A stretch of DNA of 64,000 nt from Macrostomum hystrix (taxonomy: Eukaryota > Animalia > Platyhelminthes): positions 5,084,001 to 5,148,000 of the forward strand of contig CATNEN010000001.1 of the NCBI GenBank assembly GCA_950097015.1, in the 5' to 3' direction. Below are positions 54,080-63,550 of the stretch, piece by piece. Numbering within the stretch: position 1 is the first letter of the stretch; every line of letters starts with the position of its first letter. The notes under the pieces were generated by a model. The model was not told the DNA's origin. It saw only the letters and a program-made list of their open reading frames with translations, and searched no databases. The position numbers were made by a program, and so were the translations under genes.

Positions 54080-55055
54080 GTCAATGATCCAAGATCCCCA
54101 GTTGGTCAGCAGTGGTCAATGATCCCGGATCCCCAGTTCGTCAGCAATGGTCAATGATCCCAGATCCCCAGTTGGTCAGCAATGGTCAATGATCCTAGAT
54201 CCCCAGTTGGTCAGCAATGGTCAATGATCCTAGATCCCCAGTTGGTCAGCAATGGTCAATGATCCTAGATCCCCAGTTGTTCAGCAATTGTCAAAGATCC
54301 TAGATCCCCAGTTGTTCAGCAATGGTCAATGATCCTAGATCCCCAGTTGTTCAGCAATGGTCAATGATCCTAGATCCCCAGTTGTTCAGCAATGGTCAAT
54401 GATCCTAGATCCCCAGTTGTTCAGCAATAGTCAAAGATCCTAGATCCCCAGTTGTTCAGCAATGGTCAATGATCCTAGATCCCCAGTTGTTCAGCAATTG
54501 TCAAAGATCCTAGATCCCCAGTTGGTCAGCAATGGTCAATGATCCTAGATCCCCAGTTGTTCAGCAATTGTCAAAGATCCTAGATCCCCAGTTGTTCAGC
54601 AATGGTCAATGATCCTAGATCCCCAGTTGTTCAGCAATTGTCAAAGATCCTAGATCCCCAGTTGTTCAGCAATGGTCAATGATCCTAGATCCCCAGTTGT
54701 TCAGCAATTGTCAAAGATCCTAGATCCCCAGTTGGTCAGCAATGGTCAATGATCCTAGATCCCCAGTTGTTCAGCAATTGTCAAAGATCCTAGATCCCCA
54801 GTTGTTCAGCAATGGTCAATGATCCCAGATCCCCAGTTGGTCAGCAATGGTCAATGATCCTAGATCCCCAGTTGTTCAGCAATGGTCAATGATCCCAGAT
54901 CCCCAGTTGTTCAGCAATGGTCAATGATCCCAGATCCCCAGTTGTTCACCAATGGTCAATGATCCCAGATCCCCAGTTGTTCACCAATGGTCAATGATCT
55001 CAGATACCCAGTTGGTCGGCAATGGTCAATGATCCTAGATCCTCAATTGTTCAAT
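54080..55055. repeat. 35-bp minisatellite (GATCCCAGATCCCCAGTTGGTCAGCAATGGTCAAT) in a snoRNA-host intron
   Basis: About 27 tandem copies; the same unit fills 61600-64000. Confidence 0.95.
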
Positions 55056-55222
55056 AACTTATAACGAATTAGTTTCCATGCACTCACCAAAAATGGTGTT
55101 CTCTTGAAGCAATTGGTTGAGCAGGAACCCAGAACAATCTAAAATGAAAAAAAATTATTATATATATATACTCTGCACAAAGATAAAAAAGGGTTTAGCA
55201 TAATTAAACAAATTGATAAACT

Positions 55223-55307
55223 TCAGACGACGCGCATGATTTCGTAATCGGTAGCCAAGAGGAGATTAATCCCCACCAGGGCTTTAGAGAGATTCCCAAA
55301 TGTTATC
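55223..55307 (-). pseudogene. snoRNA copy disrupted in box C by transposon insertion
   Basis: Matches the intact copies up to plus-strand CAAATGTTATC, then switches to CCCGTGTAAAAG instead of ATCATTG. Confidence 0.75.
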
Positions 55308-55509
55308 CCCGTGTAAAAGTTTGAGCGAGTGAATCCTTCGAGGTAGCGAGTATTTAGCGGGAAAAGCACCGAGGAAATCAACTTTTTTTACACGGTAGCG
55401 CGTTTTTGTCAATTTTGTGACTCGCTTCCAAAGAAACGCGCTGGCGCACGGTCAAATACGCGGTGGTTTTCACGGTGGGAGCTCGCTCGCTGCTTGACTC
55501 GGTGGCCAA

Positions 55510-55715
55510 CTCGCTACTGTAACTCACTCATTCACTCGCTACTGTAACTCGCTCATTCTCTCGCTACTGTAACTCGCTCATTCTCTCGCTACTGTAACTC
55601 GCTCATTCTCTCGCTACTGTAACTCGCTCATTCTCTCGCTACTGTAACTCGCTCATTCTCTCGCTACTGTAACTCGCTCATTCTCTTGCTCATTCTCTCG
55701 CTCATTCTCTCGCTG
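55510..55715. repeat. 25-bp subterminal repeats of the transposon (CTCGCTACTGTAACTCGCTCATTCT)
   Basis: About 7 copies; the ACTCGCT core also occurs inverted (AGCGAGT) at ~55324-55352. Confidence 0.85.
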
Positions 55716-56044
55716 TGCAAAGGAGCGTATAATATATGTAAATATATTTATTTGACGTGCGCAAATATTAACGGTGTGTCCTTTCTTTATGTTTACAGTA
55801 CTAATTTCTTCTGTTTATTGGAGTTACCTTAATTTAGCATTTAGCATTTCGATTAGCGCTTAATGTATTACATTTCACGTCTGGCACTTCAATTGAAAAT
55901 ACAGTAGATTCAATTATATATTACGTTGAATTCAATAATGACCGGGTTCACTGATTAGCCGTGGAGCCCTACCTATTACGCCTTAGCACCGTTGGTAAAC
56001 TGGAAATGAATAGACCAAGAGACCCACTGACTATTCCAGAGTAA

Positions 56045-59000
56045 ATGCCTAAGGATAAAGAATCAAGACGCCTGCGCCTGCTAAACCAGCGAGCCATGCG
56101 CTCCCTGGCTCAGCTCGCTGTAGCCGAGCAACAAGCGGAGCAGCAGCCGAGGGCCCGGTGGGTCAGAAGAACTGCCCAGCTTGCAGTACCCGAAGCTGCC
56201 CCTGCTCCCCAGCAGGCTGCAGTACCCGACGTTGCCCGTGCTCCCCAGCAGGCTGCAGTACCCGACGCTGCCCCTGCTCCCCAGCAGACTGCAATGGCCG
56301 AAGCTGCCCCTACCGACAATGACGCCTACATGTACTTGTCAGACGGCGACACTATCTATGAGGAAGAAGGCGACGAAACGCGTTCCTTTTCTGATGCGTT
56401 TCAAGACGCTGCTGTCGACGCCGCTGCCCTAGATGATCAGGAGGAGTATGTCCCCTACCAGCCTGCTGACGCAGTGGAGGACGACTTCATGGACGGCTTC
56501 GCTATTGATCCGGAGGGTGAGCTTGATGTCGCCGAATTGGAAGAAGACATTTTCGGTCCGCGACCGGACACTGACAACGACGATAGGAGAGGAGGCTACG
56601 GAGTAGATGGAGTACCTATCAGGTACGTGGTAGAAGTGTTTAGGACTACTCACTACGTACTTTTTACTTTGTACATATGCTGCATCATATCTACTATAAC
56701 TATATATATACCCGCAGTTTAATACTGCCCTTAAAAGTTACTATGTACGCACCACTTACCTATCACAGGTTGCGTCCCGACACCGTCGCGTATCCCGGCG
56801 CCAAGTACACGCACAATGGCATTGCGGTCCTGGCCTCCATTTTGGTCGACCGATACAGTCTGCCTCAAACTTTCTTAAACGACCTGCTGATCTACACAGG
56901 CGAGATTCTGCCCGCGGGCAGCGTCTATCCAATGAGTGCATTCGTCTGTCAGAATATCTTCCGCGGAGCATCCGCTCAACGGCGGCAGTTCTGCCCCCGC
57001 TGTAGTGTCGAGGTGTCGAAGGCAGATGTCGACGGTGAGGTAGCATGCAGAAACTGCGCACTATTGCTCTCAGCTGCCATTGTCAGCAACTTCTGGTGCT
57101 TCAACATCAGGCGACAAATTCGCCAGCTGATTGAGCACTCCCATCTGTTGGGCCATGTCACCTTTCCGGTGGACCAACCCGCAATGCCTGGTTGCCTGCA
57201 GCTTGGATCCAGTGCGGAGTATATGCACTTCAAGCGCAGCATTCCGCTACACGATCGGCAGGATTTATCCTACACCGTTAATATCGATGGATTCCCCCTG
57301 TTTATCAATTCGAGGGGAGAAATGTGCCCAGTCTATCTCGTAATAAACGAAGTAACGGAAGAAGCGCGGAAGCCGAAGCTAATTGTCATCTGCGGCCTCT
57401 GGGCAGCTTGCAAGAAGGTGAAGGCCGTTGCTTTCCTTCCGTGGCTGGTCGCGGAGTTGAACGATTTGCGCCGCGACGGCGTGAAGTACAGCACTGGAGG
57501 AGGTCTTGCGGGTACGACGCCGGGTGTCCTGCGCCTACATCCGCTCCTTTTCGTCATGGACGCCCCACAGCGAGCCGAGGTGATGTGCCTGAAACGTCAT
57601 AACTCGGTGCACGGCTGTGATAATTGTTACAGCGTCGCTGTGTTCCGCCGAGGCGCGCTCCGCTTTCTGTATGACGATGGCGGCGAGGGTGTTGTTAAGG
57701 CCACGGAGGCGGGATGCACCCAGACCAGCGTGCGAAACTTGCTCGCCGATGCTGTTCCAAGAGGACGGGACAATTTGCTGGGAGTGATGGACGTGTCCAA
57801 GCTGCTGCACTTAAACGGCTTCGACTACATGCACGGGTGTCCACCCTGTTTGCTGCACCAGGGCTACATGGGTGTGGTGAAGTGGAAGTGGACCCAGCTG
57901 TTCCACCCGATGAAGAAACCGGACCCAATGGCACGTAGCCCTGATCTGTCGGCAAGGGTCGCGGACATTGATGCAGCGGCGTCGCGACTTCACGTCCCGC
58001 TTGACCACCAGCGTGCACCCCGCACCTTGCGGGAGGTCCTGATGTTCCGTGGCCACGAGTTCCAGACCTGGCTAATTGTGTACGGTCCAATGACGTTGGA
58101 GAGTGTATTCACTGCGGCGAACGCACTGAATTACTATCATCACCTCCTACTCCTAGCGGCGCCGCTCTTCTGGATGACATTCGAGGGTGCGCCGCTGACC
58201 GAGGTCCAAACAGCTGAGGTGTCTCTGCTCCAATACCATCGGCTTCTGGGGGAGATGTACTCCGAAGCTGCGATGACGTACAACGCACATCAAGTGTGCA
58301 GGCACCTAGGTAATCAGAGAACTATTTCTCTATTTGTAGTAGAGCTATATGTAGTTTGACAGTGCTTTGTAAAAACAATATTAGCACCTACAGGTACTTT
58401 TAGATCATTTTGATCGAAACGCAATATTGCAGTACTAATACACTTCGTATTCATACTAATTGGCGGAACTGTCGCCCATATTTGCTTTTTAACGCCCCAA
58501 CTTCCTTAGGAATGTACGCCGAGTTGTACGGGCCGCTGTGGAGGCTTTCTGCCGGGCTTTTCGAGTCGGCACACTGCGCCATGCGACGTCGCATTCACGG
58601 TACTCGCCGAGTGGACGTGGAACTGGCGGGGATTCTGCAACGCCAGTTTGAGCGCCGCGACATGCAGGACCGTCTGAAAATTAGCAATCCATTTGACTAC
58701 GAAAGATACACCGACGTTCGCACTGCAGACGGGTGTGCGCTCCGCGAGTTGCGGACCAATATGGCCGACGCCGGCGGGGCTCGGGCATTCGCCAGAGCCA
58801 CCCTGAGCAGCGGTACGCGAATTGCTGTGTATCAGCCGGGTATGCGAAAGCAGAAAATCGTTTCCTGCTTTGTTGCGTACTGCGTGGACGAGCACCGCCG
58901 CGACTTGTTTGAATATGGTCGTGTGGAGGGAATTTATGTCCGTGATTCGAGCACCACTGTGCTGTTGCGCCGTCTACCGACAAGGCCCTTGCTGCAGAAC

Positions 59001-59204
59001 GAGCACCACTTGCTCCACTTGTTGGGGATCCACTCCAACCGTGGCTGCCGATTCTCGCACGTGCGTCGAATCTACGTGGATCCGTTCGGACCACTATCGC
59101 CATTTTATTTCGAGGTGCCTGCAGCGAGCATTCTGGCGGCCTGCTGCGTTAACGACACAAAAGTGGGCTTCCTACCTCATCGTCAATATTCATTTGCAGC
59201 TTGA
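56045..59204 (+). CDS. CACTA/EnSpm-type DDE transposase (TnpD-like), 3 exons
   Basis: Exons 56045-56622, 56769 (or 56718)-58309, 58510-59204 with GT-AG introns in consistent phase. Motifs: zinc ribbon CPRC...CRNC, NIDG (D1), CPVYLVINE, GLW, MDAPQRA (D2), HGCDNC (C2C), FRGHEF..WL, TYNAHQVCRHL (H3-4H), GPLW..SAGLFES (E)...IHGT. Confidence 0.88.
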
Positions 59205-59868
59205 ATTGACATGAAGTTGATGACTGTATAATATATTCCTGTTCCATCAGTACTTTTGACTGCTGTCGGCTGTTTCTGCAACCAATTACTACGTACTGTA
59301 TAGTAATTACTGCGAGCTTGTTGAACTGCTTCAACTGCTTCAAAGAGCTCGAGAGCCGAGTTGGGCGAGACGGAGGGAGAAGAGAAAGAAAACAAACAAT
59401 AGATTCCGCTGCTCTCACTCCTCACATGACCGCGAGACCGTGCTGGCCAGCTGGCTAACCATGGTTTATTGCGATTGTTCAAACGTGTTGCCTTGTGTGT
59501 CCCAAGCGTAATTTCTGTTTCTGTCTGTTTCTGGTCGTGTTTCTGGATTTAGTACTAGTTCTTACGTAAAATACAACATATCTCTAATATATTAGATCGA
59601 GATCGATCTATTAATAGATCCTGGTCCTAGATCTAGGTCTATATCACAGAACAAAACACAGACACGCAAATAGTCTGTAAAAGACCAGTCAAAGACCAGC
59701 TTGATCCTAGATCTAGGATCAGGATCTATTACGATCTAAGTACGATCTTCCTTCTGCTGATACGACGACGTCTTCATCCTGATTGCATACGTCAAATATT
59801 TGTTTGGCCTTCACTGCAAACCATCAATTATCATCATTTCAAACACTTCAGCCAGTGTACAGCCTCGA

Positions 59869-61337
59869 ATGTCTTCGAATTCAGTTGCTATCCTGCACTC
59901 CTCGCGGAAACGTGACGCAGTGACCAGCAACAAGACACTTAAAAAACCCGCAAAGACGCAACGCGAGGTCGCCAAGAAGAAATTACCCCGCGAGGTCGCC
60001 AAGAAGAAGGCGCTATCCAAAGCGCCTGCCGCAGGCCAGGAAAACGAGGCACCGGCCGCAGGTGTGACAAGCGAGGGGCCGGCCGTGGGTCTAGACAGCG
60101 AGGCGCCGGCCGTGGGTCTGGACAGCGAGGCGCCGGCCGCGGGTCTGGACAGCGAGGCTTCCGACGAAGATTCCGACGAAGACGACGACGCTGACGACGG
60201 TGGTCGTCCTCCAATCAAGCGGTCACACTGCAGCCGGCCTCGTGGACCAACGGAACGGAGGGCCGGCCCAGACACATACTTAGTCTTCCGGTTTAGAGAC
60301 CGGAAGCAAGAGCTGCAGGTGTGGCCGCAGTCAAATATTATGGAGCCACAACCTCCGCCTTGCCACATCGGTGCCATTGTTCAGTTGGCCCCTGTCCACA
60401 TTGTTAAACCAGGCTCGAAGAAATATCCCGCTACGGTGGTCGCTGGCCCGAACGAGACCAGGCGCCTCGCCGAAGACGCGATGGCTGCCATCGCCGGTCG
60501 CGAGGCCGCGGCGTCGAGCACCGCTCAACCGGTGGTGCTGCACCACCGCCCTGAGACATGCCCCCGCTGCACCAGCCTCCTCTCTGAGGCGGCGCAACTG
60601 CGCCGCACTGTTACCGATTATGAGGCGCGCCTAGAACGACTCTCAGCGGCTTCGATGACGGCCAGAACTCAAGAACTGGCGCGCAGTGACGAAATTCAGC
60701 TGCTGAAAGACGAGCTCGTTGCGGAGCGGCGCAACAGCGACCGCCTGAAAAAAAGGAGCGACTTATTGCTTGAAACGGTACGTTCGAGCTACGAGCAGTT
60801 GCGCACCGTCAGCAGCTACCTGACTGAAATTGACAAGGAAGCAAAGAAGTCAGCCGTCAGCAGCAGCAAAATTTACAGCCTCGTCAAAGAAGTCGGCCTT
60901 TGGGCGGCACAACAGGTGATACCATCGCGATCGGGTGCCCCAGATGCTGTGGATGCTGCGGATGCTGCAGAGTCTGCGTCGCCACCCGGCTCAGACGCCG
61001 AGCTTGAACAACTTATGTTTGGCCACAGAGTGACCTCGGCCCAAATTCAAATGGCCCACTCCGCCGCTATAACCGCGTCCGCGCACTCCTCTGCCGCCGT
61101 TGACAACAGCATCAGTAGCAGCCTCTTGCCTTACGGATGTAAGGCAACTCGAGCTGCCCTTCATCGAGGGGTACAGCGACATTGTGACGACGAAAGCAAA
61201 CTGCGACAAGATAGCAGATCTAGTTGAAGCCTGCACAGCAATGCCGAAATCGCAGAAGGAGAAGATGGCACTGTACCGGGCGATCATACGCGCCGTTTTT
61301 ACAACGCAGGAGCTGGCCACGTCGTCATTGCACTCAG
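59869..61337 (+). pseudogene. Transposon second gene (TnpA-like): basic/acidic N-terminus, beta-rich domain, coiled coil, frameshifted and truncated C-terminal BEN-like domain
   Basis: ATG at 59869 in ORF 59800..61227; heptad region LRRTVTDYEARLERL...LTEIDKE. The +1 frame open from 61073 encodes LYRAIIRAVFTTQELATSSL, resembling the BEN-domain (L..LF..EELA.SSL.G) signature, and is cut by the host junction. Confidence 0.65.
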
Positions 61338-61478
61338 CAAAAAATGGTGTTGTTTAGAAGCTATTGGTTGAGCAGGAACCCATAACAATCTAAAATGAAA
61401 AATATAATTATTAGATATACACTGCACAAATATGAAAAGGTTTAGCATAATTAAACAAATGTCTAGAATTTATAAACT

Positions 61479-61568
61479 TCAGACGACGCGCATGATTTCG
61501 TAATCAGTAGCCAAGAGGAGATTAATCCCCACTAGGGCTTTAGAGAGATTCCCAAATGTTATCATCAT
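61479..61568 (-). ncRNA. Box C/D snoRNA (double guide; 28S Am3809-equivalent via D', Cm3787-equivalent via D)
   Basis: AUGAUGA UAACAUU UGGGAAUCUCU CUAA ... CUGAUUA CGAAAUCAUGCGCGUCGU CUGA; flanking TTATAAAAC/GTTTATAA terminal stem; box D ~88 nt upstream of an acceptor. Confidence 0.85.
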
Positions 61569-62469
61569 TGTTTTATAATTCACTTTACATAAAAGCAATC
61601 GTCAAGGATCCCAGATCCTCAGTTGGTCAGCAATGGTCAATGATCCCAGATCCCCAGTTGGTCAGCAATGGTCAATAATCCCAGATCCCCAGTTGGTCAG
61701 CAATGGTCCATGATCCCAGATCCTCAGTTGGTCAGCAATAGTCAATGATCCCAGATCCCCAGTTGGTCAGCAATGGTCAATAATCCTAGATCCCCAGTTG
61801 GTCAGCAATGGTCCATGATCCCAGATCCTCAGTTGGTCATCAATAGTCAATGATCCCAGATCCCCAGTTGGTCGGCAATAGTCAATGATCCCAGATCCCC
61901 AGTTGGTCGGCAATAGTCAATGATCCCAGATCCCCAGTTGGTCAGCAATGGTCCATGATCCCAGATCCTCAGTTGGTCATCAATAGTCAATGATCCCAGA
62001 TCCCCAGTTGGTCGGCAATAGTCAATGATCCCAGATCCCCAGTTGGTCGGCAATGGTCAATGATCCCAGATCCCCAGTTCGTCAGCAATGGTCAATGATC
62101 CCAGATCCCCAGTTGGTCAGCAATGGTCCATGATCCCAGATCCTCTGTTGGTCAGCAATAGTCAATGATCCCAGATCCCCAGTTGGTCAGCAATGGTCAA
62201 TGATCCCAGATCCTCAGTTGGTCAGCAATGGTCCATGATCCCAGATCCCCAGTTGGTGAGCAATAGTGTTCGATCACAGATCCTCAATAGTTCAATAACT
62301 CATAACGAATTAGTTTTTATGCACTCACCAAAAGATGGTGTTGTATAGAAGCTATTGGTTGAGCAGGAACCCATAACAATCTAAAATGAAAAATAAAATT
62401 ATTAGAGATACACTGCACAAATATGAAAAGGTTTAGCATAATTAAACAAATGTCTAGAATTTATAAACT

Positions 62470-62559
62470 TCAGACGACGCGCATGATTTCGTAATCAGTA
62501 GCCAAGAGGAGATTAATCCCCACTAGGGCTTTAGAGAGATTCCCAAATGTTATCATCAT
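62470..62559 (-). ncRNA. Box C/D snoRNA, identical tandem copy
   Basis: Same sequence as 61479-61568, 991 bp away. Confidence 0.85.
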
Positions 62560-63460
62560 TGTTTTATAATTCACTTTACATAAAAGCAATCGTCAATGAT
62601 CCCAGATCCTCAGTTGGTCAGCAATGGTCAATGATCCCAGATCCCCAGTTGGTCAGCAATGGTCCATGATCCCAAATCCTCTGTTGGTCAGCAATAGTCA
62701 ATGATCCCAGATCCCCAGTTGGTCAGCAATGGTCAATAATCCTAGATCCCCAGTTGGTCAGCAATGGTCCATGATCCCAGATCCTCAGTTGGTCATCAAT
62801 AGTCAATGATCCCAGATCCCCAGTTCGTCGGCAATAGTCAATGATCCCAGATCCCCAGTTAGTCAGCAATGGTCAATGATTCCAGATCCCCAGTTGGTCG
62901 GCAATAGTCAATGATCCCAGATCCCCAGTTGGTCAGCAATGGTCCATGATGCCAGATCCCCAGTTGGTCAGCAATGGTCAATGATCCCAGATCCCCAGTT
63001 GGTCGGCAATAGTCAATGATCCCAGATCCCCAGTTGGTCAGCAATGGTCCATGATCCCAGATCCTCTGTTGGTCAGCAATAGTCAATGATCCCAGATCCC
63101 CAGTTGGTCAGCAATGGTCAATGATCCCAGATCCCCAGTTGGTCAGCAATGGTCAATGATCCCAGATCCTCAGTTGGTCAGCAATGGTCAATGATCCCAG
63201 ATCCCCAGTTGGTCAGCAATAGTCAATGATCCCAGATCCTCAGTTGGTCAGCAATGGTGTTCGATCACAGATCCTCAATAGTTCAATAACTCATAACGAA
63301 TTAGTTTTTATGCACTCACCAAAAGATGGTGTTGTATAGAAGCTATTGGTTGAGCAGGAACCCATAACAATCTAAAATGAAAAATAAAATTATTAGAGAT
63401 ACACTGCACAAATATGAAAAGGTTTAGCATAATTAAACAAATGTCTAGAATTTATAAACT

Positions 63461-63550
63461 TCAGACGACGCGCATGATTTCGTAATCAGTAGCCAAGAGG
63501 AGATTAATCCCCACTAGGGCTTTAGAGAGATTCCCAAATGTTATTATCAT
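63461..63550 (-). ncRNA. Box C/D snoRNA tandem copy with variant box C (AUGAUAA)
   Basis: Same as the other copies except plus-strand TTATCAT instead of TCATCAT in box C. Confidence 0.7.

Larger units (their letters stand above)
55308..61337 (+). mobile_element. CACTA/EnSpm (CMC superfamily)-like DNA transposon, right end missing
   Basis: Sharp left junction in the host repeat beginning CCCGTGTAAAAG; subterminal inverted motif (CCGTGTAAAA 55309 / TTTTACACGG 55386-55395) and subterminal repeats; two genes; rejoins the host repeat at TGCACTCA (61329-61336) with no matching terminal inverted repeat. Confidence 0.85.

Noticed and set aside
56110-60634. Antisense and alternative-frame ORFs inside the transposon
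   Set aside because: Shadows of the GC-rich transposase and ORF2 coding sequence with no recognisable motifs.
61479-61560. 28S rRNA fragment (plus strand shows GACGCGCATGA and GAGATTCCCA)
   Set aside because: Only two 10-11-nt matches separated by unrelated sequence and bracketed by C/D boxes on the opposite strand; better explained as snoRNA antisense guides.
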